Source: Chloroflexota bacterium
Lineage (GTDB): Bacteria > Chloroflexota > Dehalococcoidia > Lucifugimonadales > Australimonadaceae
Assembly (NCBI GenBank): GCA_028874795.1
Contig: JAPPHT010000070.1
Location: forward strand, 3,519-67,518
Direction of reading: 5' to 3'
Length of the DNA: 64,000 bases
The number at the start of each line of letters is the position of its first letter. Positions within the stretch are counted from its first letter, which is position 1. The position numbers and the translations under genes are program-made. Positions 9,167-17,843 of this stretch are shown in pieces. A model generated the notes under the pieces. It was not told the origin of the DNA, made no database searches, and saw only the letters and a program-made list of their open reading frames with translations.

Positions 9167-10114
9167 ATGACCACGCGCCAACTGCCGACCGAAGAGGAAG
9201 TGCTCGGCTACTTCGAATCGCTCAGCAACTGGGGACGCTGGGGCGACGACGACCAACTCGGCACGCTCAACCTCGTCACGCCCGAGAAGCGCAGGCAGGC
9301 CGCGGCGCTCGTGAAGGAAGGCATCAGCATCGGCTGCGCGCGCCCGCTCAGCACCCAGTACGCGCTCGACCAGCCCGTAACGCCCGTCCACTTCATGGTG
9401 GACAGCGGCGAGGTCTACTGCCTCGACGACGACAGGGAGTGGACGACCCAGAGCTCGGGCGACTACTTCGGCATGGCGATCCACGGTCCCGGCCAGACCC
9501 ACCTGGACGCGCTCTGCCACCAGTTCTGGCAGGGCAGGATGTACAACGGACGCCCCTCCAGCCTCATATCGTCCGGCGGCAAGGCGGCGTTCGGAGCGGT
9601 GGACGGCATGAAGGACGGGCTCGTCACGAAGGGCGTGCTCCTCGACCTCGCGAAGATGCGCGACGTGCTCTGGTATGAGCCTGGCGAGGCCGCGTACGTT
9701 GACGACCTCGAGGCGGCGGTGAAGGCCCAGGGTGTTCGCGTCGAGGAGGGTGACGCGCTCCTGCTGCGGTTCGGCTGGTCGAAGCGGCGCTACATGCTCG
9801 GCCCCGTGCCCCGCGACGGCGGACGCGCCGGGCTTCACGCATCCTGCCTGCCGTGGCTGCACGAACGCGGCATCTCCGTGTTGGCGTGCGACAGCGCGCA
9901 GGAGGTGCGCCCGACCGGCTACGACCGGTTCTTCGGCCCCATCCATTCCGTCGGGCAGGTCGCGATGGGACTCTGGCTCGTGGACAACGCCGATTTCGAG
10001 GCGCTCGCGGAGGCGTGTGCACAGACGGGGCGCTACGAGTTCATGTTCACCGTGGCGCCGATGAACTTCCCGCTGGCGACCGGCTCGCCCCTGAACCCCA
10101 TTGCCGTCCTCTAG
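9167..10114 (+). CDS. Cyclase-family protein (kynurenine formamidase-like fold)
   Basis: SNWGRWGDDDQLGTLNLVTPE N-terminal motif typical of putative cyclases. GGAGG RBS. Confidence 0.8.
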   Translation: MTTRQLPTEEEVLGYFESLSNWGRWGDDDQLGTLNLVTPEKRRQAAALVKEGISIGCARPLSTQYALDQPVTPVHFMVDSGEVYCLDDDREWTTQSSGDYFGMAIHGPGQTHLDALCHQFWQGRMYNGRPSSLISSGGKAAFGAVDGMKDGLVTKGVLLDLAKMRDVLWYEPGEAAYVDDLEAAVKAQGVRVEEGDALLLRFGWSKRRYMLGPVPRDGGRAGLHASCLPWLHERGISVLACDSAQEVRPTGYDRFFGPIHSVGQVAMGLWLVDNADFEALAEACAQTGRYEFMFTVAPMNFPLATGSPLNPIAVL

Positions 10115-10163
10115 CGTGAACCCTTCGGTGGGCCGCCGGGACGCACGAGAAGGGCGGTAGCCG

Positions 10164-12170
10164 GTGGAATCCATCACGACCGCGCTCGGCTACCTGATCG
10201 ACCCCGTCTACTGGGCCGTGCTCCTCAGCGTGGTCCTGCTTGCCGCCTTGGCGAGCGCGATCCCCGGCATGAACGCCTTCCTGGTGATGGCGCTCGCCTT
10301 CCCGTTCATCCTCTTTGAGGTCGAGGAGCCGGCCATAGGACTCGTCGCCCTCGCCACCATCAGCGGCGTCAGCAATACCCTCGATTCGGTGCCCGCCATC
10401 CTCATCGGTCAACCGAGCGCCGCGACACAGGTGACGTTCCTGGAGGGGCACCAGCTCGCCCGGCGGGGGCGCGCCGCCCACACCCTGGGCGCGGTCTACG
10501 CCGTGTCCGCGCTGGGAGGCATCGTGGGGGCGGTGCTGCTCACCATCGCCATACCCGTCGCGCGTCCGTTCGTGCTGCGGTTCGGCTTCCCGGAGATAGC
10601 GGCGACCGGCATGGTCGGTATCGCGATGGTCATCGTGCTGAGCCGGGGCGCGATGGTGCGGGGCCTCATCTCGGCGCTCGTGGGGATGCTGCTCGGCATC
10701 ATCGGCACGATGGGCAGGCTCACCGTGGACCCGTTCGTGAGCATGCCGCTCGTGCCCTTCATCATCGGCCTGTTCGCGCTGCCTGAGCTGATCGACCTGA
10801 TGATGAGCCGACGGCCCGTGGCGGCGGAGGGCGCCAGCTTCGGCAGGAGCGAGGTGCTGCGCGGCGTGGGCTACGGCATCTCCCGCTGGAAGATAACAGT
10901 GCGCCAGTCCGCCTTCGGCGTCTTCCTCGGAGCCATCCCCGGAGTAGGCTCCGCAGTGGTCGACTGGCTGAGCTACGCGTTCGGCATCATCCTCACGAAG
11001 GACCGCTCGGAGTTTGGCAAGGGGTCGCTGGACGGCGTGCTCTTCGCCGAGTCCGCGCAGAACGCGAAGGAGGCGGGCGCGGCGCTCCCCACGCTGGCAC
11101 TCGGCGTTCCGGGCGCGCCGACGTGGGCCCTCGTCGTGGTAGCGATGATCCCGTATGGCATCGCGCCGGGCCCCGAGATGCTGGGCTCCCAGGCCCACAT
11201 CACCATCCTCCTCGTGATAACCCTGGCCCTGGCGAACCTCATCATCTCCGGCATCGGCGTGGGCGTCACCGGCTTCCTCGCCCGCCTGACCGCGGTTCCG
11301 TACCCCATCATCGGCGCCATCGTCATCCCTGTCGCGCTCCTCTCCACGTTCGTGGACACGACAAGCTGGCGAGGCATCCAGATCGCGCTCGGCGTCGGGG
11401 CGATGGGGCTCGTGATGAAGCGCTATAACTGGCCAAGACCGCCCATGATCCTCGGTTTCATCCTCGTGGACGTCATCGAGCGGAACCACTTCAACGGAGT
11501 GAGCATCCACGGCTACGCCGGCGCGCTCACTCGTCCGATCACCATCACCATCCTGATCATCGCAATCACCGTTGCGGCGGTGCTGCTCCGCTCGGTGGCG
11601 CGCATGGAGCGTGAGACGGAGATCGCTGTGGAAGAGGCGGACTCCGAAGGAGCGGCGCGCCGGGGATGGAAGGAGCGCCTCCTCCATCCGGATGTCCTCA
11701 TCCCGATCGTGGTCATTGCCGGTGTGGGTCTGCTGCTGTCGGACCACCTGCAGAACCCCGTGCAGGACCGTTGGCGTTTCACCACCTATCCGTTCTGGCT
11801 GTCCAGCATCGCACTGGTGCTGCTCGTCATCGAACTCGGACGGGGCGTCCTCGGCCGCCCGCGCGTCTCCTCCATCATGGACCTCGGGCTTGTCAGCAGC
11901 GGCATGGAAGGCGCACGAGGAGCGGCGCTGCGGATGCTGGGACTCTTCTTGCTGTTCCTCCTGGTCGGCACGACGGTGGGCCTCAAGTGGGGGGCGCTGG
12001 CGTTCGCGCTCGCCGGCCCGGTTGTGCTGCTGCGCGGGCACGGCCGGTGGCTCATGGCCCTCATCGCTGCGGCGGCGGTCTGGCTCTTCATCGCCATATT
12101 CCTGGACCGGGTCCTCTACATCATCTACCCGGAGCCGTTCCTTCGCGAATGGTTCATGGGTTCCGGCTAG
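10164..12170 (+). CDS. Tripartite tricarboxylate transporter TctA-family permease with a C-terminal TctB-like 4-TM extension
   Basis: 668 aa. LEGHQLARRGRAAHTLGA and FGVFLGAIPGVGSAVVDWLSYAF are TctA-like. About 170 extra C-terminal residues form about 4 TM helices. Confidence 0.8.
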   Translation: MESITTALGYLIDPVYWAVLLSVVLLAALASAIPGMNAFLVMALAFPFILFEVEEPAIGLVALATISGVSNTLDSVPAILIGQPSAATQVTFLEGHQLARRGRAAHTLGAVYAVSALGGIVGAVLLTIAIPVARPFVLRFGFPEIAATGMVGIAMVIVLSRGAMVRGLISALVGMLLGIIGTMGRLTVDPFVSMPLVPFIIGLFALPELIDLMMSRRPVAAEGASFGRSEVLRGVGYGISRWKITVRQSAFGVFLGAIPGVGSAVVDWLSYAFGIILTKDRSEFGKGSLDGVLFAESAQNAKEAGAALPTLALGVPGAPTWALVVVAMIPYGIAPGPEMLGSQAHITILLVITLALANLIISGIGVGVTGFLARLTAVPYPIIGAIVIPVALLSTFVDTTSWRGIQIALGVGAMGLVMKRYNWPRPPMILGFILVDVIERNHFNGVSIHGYAGALTRPITITILIIAITVAAVLLRSVARMERETEIAVEEADSEGAARRGWKERLLHPDVLIPIVVIAGVGLLLSDHLQNPVQDRWRFTTYPFWLSSIALVLLVIELGRGVLGRPRVSSIMDLGLVSSGMEGARGAALRMLGLFLLFLLVGTTVGLKWGALAFALAGPVVLLRGHGRWLMALIAAAAVWLFIAIFLDRVLYIIYPEPFLREWFMGSG

Positions 12171-12213
12171 TGTGTGCTATCATGTATCAGCAGCCACTTA
12201 GCCGCTGTAGAGA

Positions 12214-12480
12214 ATGGCCATGACTACCGAACCGCAGCAGCCCCGCCAACCGCAAGCTCCCGGTCAGGAAGCGATTCCGCAGTACTTCCTGGAGTTCGTG
12301 CAGGAGAACGCGCGTCAGCACACCGTCCTGGCCGATAGCATCTCCACTGTGCGCGAGTGCGTTGCCGAGGTGAAGGGCGCGGTGGGGGCCATCAGGAACT
12401 TCACGATCGCCACATTCGGCGCGATGTTCACACTCATGCTCATCGTCCTGACCGCAGCCCTTCGCGGAGACCTGCCGTAA
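12214..12480 (+). CDS. Hypothetical small protein with a C-terminal transmembrane anchor
   Basis: 88 aa. Q/P-rich N-terminus, a helical segment, then FTIATFGAMFTLMLIVLTAAL. Codon usage looks coding. No family recognised. Confidence 0.4.
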   Translation: MAMTTEPQQPRQPQAPGQEAIPQYFLEFVQENARQHTVLADSISTVRECVAEVKGAVGAIRNFTIATFGAMFTLMLIVLTAALRGDLP

Positions 12481-12490
12481 GCGGCCTGGG

Positions 12491-13489
12491 CTAGGCGCGG
12501 CGCAGTTCCGACAGCGCGTCGGATAGATCGTCCGCAAGCGGCGACTCGAATATCTTACGCTCTGTTTCGCCGGGAGGAAGCGCCACGTCCAGCCGCGCGG
12601 CGTGGAGGAAGTGCCGGGGCACCAGGGGCGAGCGTCTGCCGTAGACCGGGTCTCCCACGAGGGGGTGGCCGATGGAAGCGAGATGCACGCGTATCTGGTG
12701 CGTGCGCCCCGTGACCGGATGCGCCTCTACGAGCGTGAAGCTGCCGTGGGGCCCGCCGAAACGCTCCATCACCCGGTAGTGCGTGAGGGCAGAACGCCCT
12801 CCTTCCACGACCGCCATCTTCTTGCGCTCTTTCGGGTGCCTCCCTATCGGTGCGTCGATCTCGCCCTCTGCGTCGCGCATCGCCCCGGTCGTTAACGCGA
12901 CGTAAGACTTGTGGACGCTGCGTTCCTTCATCTGGCGCGAGAGGCTGCGGTGCGCCGCGTCGGTCTTGGCCACGACGATCAGGCCGGAGGTGTCCTTGTC
13001 CAGCCGGTGCACGATGCCGGGGCGCTCCACACCGCCGATGCCCGGCAGGTCCGGAACGAGCGCGAGCAGGGCGTTCACGAGCGTACCGTCCGGGTGCCCC
13101 GGCGCGGGGTGCACGGTGAGCCCGGCCGGTTTGTCCACCACGATGAGCTGGTCGTCTTCGTAGACGACGCCGACCGGGATGTCCTGCGGAGCGAGATCGA
13201 GTGGCGAAGGCGGAGGCACTACGACCACGACGACGTCGCCCCCTCGCACGACAGTCGACGGTTTGACGGGGCGCCCGTTCACCGTGACGCGTCCCTCCCG
13301 CGCAAGTGCGGCGGCCCGAGACCGGCTGAACGACGCATCCCGCGCCTGCACGAACGTGTCCACGCGGAAGCCGGCGTCGGCCTCGCTTGCGGTGAAGCGG
13401 ACTTCGCCTTCCGGCCCCTTCCCCCCCGATGGGGGAAGGTCAGGATGGGGGTGAACCGGCAGGATGGACGCGGTGTTACGCAAGGTCAT
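12491..13489 (-). CDS. rluD: RluA-family 23S rRNA pseudouridine synthase (RluD-type, with S4 domain)
   Basis: HRLDKDTSGL catalytic motif and S4-like SRSRAAALAREGRVTVNG. The ATG at 13489 overlaps the stop of the upstream gene (ATGA). The N-terminus contains a repeat module. Confidence 0.8.
   Translation of the reverse strand: MTLRNTASILPVHPHPDLPPSGGKGPEGEVRFTASEADAGFRVDTFVQARDASFSRSRAAALAREGRVTVNGRPVKPSTVVRGGDVVVVVVPPPSPLDLAPQDIPVGVVYEDDQLIVVDKPAGLTVHPAPGHPDGTLVNALLALVPDLPGIGGVERPGIVHRLDKDTSGLIVVAKTDAAHRSLSRQMKERSVHKSYVALTTGAMRDAEGEIDAPIGRHPKERKKMAVVEGGRSALTHYRVMERFGGPHGSFTLVEAHPVTGRTHQIRVHLASIGHPLVGDPVYGRRSPLVPRHFLHAARLDVALPPGETERKIFESPLADDLSDALSELRRA
13416..13457. repeat. R4 module lying inside the rluD coding sequence
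   Basis: CCCTTCCCCCCCGATGGGGGAAGGTCAGGATGGGGGTGAACC. Translated in frame as ..PVHPHPDLPPSGGKGP.. Confidence 0.8.
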
Positions 13490-14127
13490 CCCTGGCGATA
13501 CAGTCTGCGGATCTGGGACAGAAACTCCGGCTTTCCTCCGTGGCTGGGGTGCCTCACCTTGTGCAGTTCCACGCCGATGTCCATCTTCTTCATCACGTCA
13601 TGCGCAACATTGCCGACTCCAATGAGGCGCTGTGGCTTGAGCTCAACGATCAATTCTCCCAGCAGTCCCTTTCCTCTGTCGCGCTCCGCGCTGCGGACGT
13701 AGGAGCGGTTGCTCAATGGATCGCCTGGTTCGTGGGGATGCATGGGGAAGACATTCCAGAAGAAGACTTTCCCCTCGATGCCGTCCAGCGCCTCCCATAC
13801 TGCAGAAGCGCTATCTTCGCTGATCAACTTGCCATGAGTGGGTCGCTCAACCCGTACTCCCCATCGGTTGCCGTGGCGCTCGAGGGTGAAGTCGTCGGTG
13901 AATGCCAAGCCCGTTCGCCTGGCTCCCTTATGTCCGGGTGCCAAGCCAACCCACATGTCATCCACCCTCTGGGCTGAGGCGCTTTCGATTACGGCGAGCA
14001 GGTTTTCGCGCCTCTTTCCAGGAGCGCCATCAACGTCATGCGTCGGGTCTGTGTCAGTGTAGGGGTTGAATGCGTCTTCGAACGCCAGCCCCCTCAGCCT
14101 GTCCACGAAGTCTTCGGCGAGTCCCAT
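13486..14127 (-). CDS. Uracil-DNA glycosylase superfamily protein
   Basis: VGLAPGHKGARRTGLAFTDD (motif A-like) and VRHPSHGG (HPS motif B). Visibly less GC-rich than its neighbours. Confidence 0.6.
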   Translation of the reverse strand: MGLAEDFVDRLRGLAFEDAFNPYTDTDPTHDVDGAPGKRRENLLAVIESASAQRVDDMWVGLAPGHKGARRTGLAFTDDFTLERHGNRWGVRVERPTHGKLISEDSASAVWEALDGIEGKVFFWNVFPMHPHEPGDPLSNRSYVRSAERDRGKGLLGELIVELKPQRLIGVGNVAHDVMKKMDIGVELHKVRHPSHGGKPEFLSQIRRLYRQG

Positions 14128-14142
14128 TGCTCGTTCACCGGG

Positions 14143-14676
14143 TCAGGGACGGGACGCTTCCTGCTGGTCCGCGTACTCCTCGTCGCCGGGGATGCTCGTC
14201 GTGACGAGGGCGGGGCGAGGCGTCGGGCGGGTCAGCAGGAGGACCGCCCCGAAGATGATGATGCCGGTGACGATGGAGGCATCCGCCAGGTTGAAGATGT
14301 ACCACGGGCCGACGTCGATGAAGTCGGTGACATGTCCCTGGGTGACGCGGTCGGCCAGGTTCCCGAACGCGCCCGCGAACATCAGGCCCAGGCTCGTCTG
14401 CACCCAGATGCCCGGCGTGCCCTGCGAACGATAGAAGAGGATGAGCACGACGATGCCGACGGCGGAGGCGATGGTCAGCGGCAGGTTCTGCCCACCGAAC
14501 AGCCCGAATGCGCTGCCCGTATTCCAGACGTGCGTGAGGCGGAAGAAACCCTCCTCCGGCCAGGACGAATTCCTCGGCAGGAAGAGCACGATGCCGAGCT
14601 TGGAGAGTTGGTCCGCCGTGAACGCCAGGAGCGCCACGAAGATGACCAGCCCGTGCCTGTTCAGGAAGTTGACCAT
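14143..14676 (-). CDS. lspA: Lipoprotein signal peptidase II
   Basis: NTGSAFG, GNLADR, VTDFID and FNLADA motifs. I chose ATG 14676 (GGGGAG just upstream). ATG 14718 is the alternative. The long ORF to 15924 is antisense to ltaE. Confidence 0.85.
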   Translation of the reverse strand: MVNFLNRHGLVIFVALLAFTADQLSKLGIVLFLPRNSSWPEEGFFRLTHVWNTGSAFGLFGGQNLPLTIASAVGIVVLILFYRSQGTPGIWVQTSLGLMFAGAFGNLADRVTQGHVTDFIDVGPWYIFNLADASIVTGIIIFGAVLLLTRPTPRPALVTTSIPGDEEYADQQEASRP

Positions 14677-14742
14677 CGCTCCCCAGTTTACCAGCAGGCG
14701 CTGGTAGAATCGCCGCATCCCCGAGGTGAAGGACGAACGACG

Positions 14743-15795
14743 ATGGCGAACAACGGCACCGCGCCCCGCGTGATAGACCTGCGCAGCGACACGCTGACGA
14801 AACCCACTGACGCGATGCGCCGGGCGATGGCGGAGGCCGAGGTCGGTGACGATGTGTACGGGGAGGACCCGAGCGTCAACCGGCTTGAGCAGACCGCTGC
14901 GAGCCTCATGGGCAAGGAGGCCGGGCTGTATGTGACGAGCGGGACGATGGGCAACCTCGTCTCGGCGCTGTCGTGGTGCAACCGCGGCGACGAACTGGTC
15001 TGCGGCGTTGACGCGCACCTGCTCGTCAACGAGATGGGCGCCATCGCCACGTTCGGCGGCGTGCAGATGCGCTCGCTCCCGAACGACAAGCGCGGCCTGA
15101 TGGACCCGGACGACGTCGAGCTGATCGCCCCGCCGGGCGGCTTCTTCCCGCGCATGGCGCTGCTCACGCTCGAGAACACGCACAACCGGGGGAACGGGGC
15201 CGCCTACACGGTCGACCAGATGCAGCCGCTGATCGACGTGGCCCGCGCGAACGGCATGGCCGTGCACATGGACGGCGCGCGGATATTCAACGCCTCTGTC
15301 GCCCTCGGCGTCCCGCCGTCGGAGTTGGCGTCGGTCGCGGACTCGGTCACATTCTGCTTGTCGAAGGGGCTCTCCGCCCCGGTCGGCTCCGTCGTCACCG
15401 GCAGCCGGGAGTTCATCGCCCGGGCGCGGCGCATCCGCAAGATGGCGGGCGGCGGGATGCGGCAGGCGGGCGTGCTCGCCGCCGCGGGACTGGTCGCGCT
15501 CGACACCATGGTCGACCGGCTCGCGGAGGACCATGCGAACGCGAAGCGCCTCGCCGAGGGGCTGGCGAGCATCCCCGGCTTCCAGGTGGACCCCGCGACC
15601 ATCGAGACGAACATCGTCTACGCCGAGCTCGACGACGGGGACGGTCCCGGCACGTCGGCGCGGCTGAAGGAGCGCGGCGTCCTCGGCAACGGGCGCTTCA
15701 ACTGGGTGCGCTTCGTTCCGCATTACGGCATCACCGCCGAGGACATCGACGAGGCACTGGACGCCATCGAGAGCACAGTGAAGGCAGGGGTGTAG
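14743..15795 (+). CDS. ltaE: Low-specificity L-threonine aldolase
   Basis: IDLRSDTLTKPTDAMRRAMAEAEVGDDVYGEDPSVNRLE and a PLP-fold body. ATG 14743 follows GAGGTGAAGG. Confidence 0.85.
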   Translation: MANNGTAPRVIDLRSDTLTKPTDAMRRAMAEAEVGDDVYGEDPSVNRLEQTAASLMGKEAGLYVTSGTMGNLVSALSWCNRGDELVCGVDAHLLVNEMGAIATFGGVQMRSLPNDKRGLMDPDDVELIAPPGGFFPRMALLTLENTHNRGNGAAYTVDQMQPLIDVARANGMAVHMDGARIFNASVALGVPPSELASVADSVTFCLSKGLSAPVGSVVTGSREFIARARRIRKMAGGGMRQAGVLAAAGLVALDTMVDRLAEDHANAKRLAEGLASIPGFQVDPATIETNIVYAELDDGDGPGTSARLKERGVLGNGRFNWVRFVPHYGITAEDIDEALDAIESTVKAGV

Positions 15796-15801
15796 GCGGC
15801 G

Positions 15802-16018
15802 CTGTCGTTCCTGTGGAGGCAGGAACCCCGTCTCCGAGCCATGCCCCCCTCCCCAGGGCTGCGAGATTCCCGCCTTCGCGCGAATGACGGGTGGTCCGAC
15901 AGGCTCACCATGAGCGGGAGACACCAGAGAGGATGTTGCGCGCTAAAGCGCGGGACTCCGCCTGTGGCTACGCTCAACATGACAGGGCAAGGTCCTCCGG
16001 CTTCGCTCAGCATGACGA
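15802..16018. repeat. Repeat mosaic: R2 (inverted), R1, GTCCGACAGGCTCACCATGAGCGG box, R3-type modules
   Basis: CTGTCGTTCCTGTGGAGGCAGGAACC; GAGATTCCCGCCTTCGCGCGAATGACGG; two ..GCTCAACATGAC / GCTCAGCATGAC units. Confidence 0.8.
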
Positions 16019-17582
16019 TCACCACCACACCCCCACGCGGTTGACGGGGCCCTTCGGCGGAGTGTCGTCTTCGTCACCGGGCGGGGGAAGGCGGTAGCCG
16101 AGGCTGATCCTGTTCGGCGATGCGCGGTCGTCGTCGAGGAAGGGCTCCGTGCCTGTCCAGATGCCGAACGACGGCGGGACGAGGAACGCGAGTGCGAGAG
16201 CATCCGCCTTGTCCGGCGAAGGCAGGCCGCGCTTGCGCATCTCCTTCTTGCCCTGCAGCCGGACCTGCCCTGAACTCGATACGTCGTAGCGCAGCGACAG
16301 CAGTTGGCCCGCGAGCTCCTCGTCACGCGGCAGCGCGAGCAGGCCGTCGTTCAGGAGCATCCGGATCTCCCAGAAGAACTCGGAGCGCATGTTGAAGAAG
16401 CGCGTGCGGTGCGGCGCGCGCCCGCCGAAGTGCACGCCGTAGACCGGCGCGCCAAGCTCCCGCAGCCGGTCCACGACGCCCCCGCCGACGCCGCCCTCGT
16501 CCACAAAGACCGCCTCCGCGCCCGTCCACTCCACCGTCCGCAGCACCTCGTGGACGAGCCGCATCGTGTCCATCTTCGTGAACGAGCGCAGGTCCAGCAC
16601 GCGCTCGCCCTGCCGGACGCAGATAGCCGACTTATCGAAACCGAAGCGCCCCACGTCGACGCCCACGTAGACGGGTAAGCGGGGGTCGAGCAAACCCTCA
16701 CCCGCCGCGCTGCTGCGCGCCGACCTCTCCCCCGGGAAGAGGTGTGTCTGGCTCCCCTCGCCCTCTGGGAGAGGGGCCAGGGGTGAGGGTTGCTCCCCGC
16801 GCTCCATGGCGGCCTCGACCGCTTCGCGTCCGACGAGCGAGTCGTCCTGCGCATCCGGGAACTCGGCGAGGACGGCGGACGCGTAGTAGGGGTGGTCTTC
16901 CGACCAGTCGAGGGCCAACTCCTCGGCATCCTCGGGCGTGACGACCCCGGGGAGGCCGCCGTTCTCGCCGGTGAAGTTGGGCGTGTCGTAGGCGGAGATG
17001 TGGATGCGGTGGTAGCGCGCCCGCCGGGAGTGGTGGGACTCGTAGAACTCGCCGTCGAGCGACATGGCGTTGCCCACGAGCAGGAGACGCGTTGGGTGGA
17101 GGCGCTTGATGGCGTCCATCTGGTCCTGCGGCATGGCGTGGGCCTCCGTGACGACGACGAGCAATTCCGGTTGAGTGGAAGCCCTGGATGTTGCACGCCC
17201 TGTTGGTGGAGAAACCGAGCGCGAACCGTTTCTCATCGACGCGGTACGCGGACTTGAGCATGGCGCCGCTGAGGCGTTCCTCGGCCGCGGCGTAGGCTTC
17301 GCGCATCTCCTGCCAGACGATCTCCTCCACCTGGCGCTGCGTGGGGCCGGTGACGAGGGCCTTGGACTCCAGGCTCGTCTCGGTCCACCAGAGCACGGCG
17401 CGCGCCGCCGTCCAGTCCTTGCCGGAGCCGTTCGCGCCGACAACGGAGACGCGCCGGTGTTCCACGAAGGCTTCGAGCATCTCGGCCTGCTTTGAGTACG
17501 GCCTGCCGGCGTCGCCGAGCACGTCAGTCACGAAGCCGACGGGGTCGTCCCTGTATCGCGTGAGGTCTTCTGCCACGGGCAC
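16019..17582 (-). pseudogene. Phage terminase large subunit, disrupted by a frameshift and carrying an in-frame repeat insertion
   Basis: The N-terminal ATPase (VVGANGSGKDW Walker A ... NIQGFH) is in the frame of ORF 16698..17582. Walker B (LLVVVTEAH) and the RNaseH-like nuclease (VGVDVGRFGFDKSAI, FVDEGGVGG, SPDKADALALAF) are in the frame of ORF 16019..17443. The switch lies near 17165-17185. Confidence 0.7.
16691..16792. repeat. Head-to-head pair of R6 modules inserted in the terminase pseudogene
   Basis: AACCCTCACCC (16693-16703) and GGGTGAGGGTT (16781-16791) flank two CCTCTCCC/GGGAGAGG-type hairpins. 102 nt, in frame. Confidence 0.8.
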
Positions 17583-17650
17583 ACCTTCTCCACCCGGTTA
17601 CACCTTTCGTCACCCGGATAACCGCGGTCGCGTGACCGCTGTCACCCCGG

Positions 17651-17689
17651 TTAACGAGAAAGCCCCCTCTTGCTCTTCGCTGAGGGGGC
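17651..17689 (-). terminator. Intrinsic-terminator-like hairpin upstream of the terminase remnant
   Basis: On the minus strand: GCCCCCTC, a 12 nt loop, GAGGGGGC, then TTTCTCGTT. Confidence 0.4.
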
Positions 17690-17809
17690 AGCGTTCTTCC
17701 TGCGGCTCGTCCGCCAGGGTCAATGTGCGCTCTACACGTTGCGCCCTACCATCGTGCGGCACGGGCGGACGTTCACGCAAGGGGCGCGTGTCACAGCGGT
17801 GACGAAACG

Positions 17810-17815
17810 TATAAT
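17810..17815 (+). promoter_or_regulatory. -10 box candidate for the T5orf172 gene
   Basis: Perfect TATAAT 28 nt upstream of GTG 17844, in an AT-richer patch. No good -35. Confidence 0.35.
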
Positions 17816-17843
17816 GCAGCAATAGCTTCGGAGGGCGTAAGTA

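Noticed and set aside
10047-12041. 664-aa ORF on the minus strand (R/H/D/E/G-rich)
   Set aside because: It lies entirely antisense to the TctA permease gene. The composition is low-complexity, as expected from reading a high-GC gene in the wrong frame, and it has no motif.
17165-17185. Programmed ribosomal frameshift in the terminase gene
   Set aside because: There is no slippery heptamer or downstream pseudoknot at the junction. Walker B is degenerate (TE for DE), and a repeat is inserted in the gene. Decay, or a sequencing indel, is more likely.
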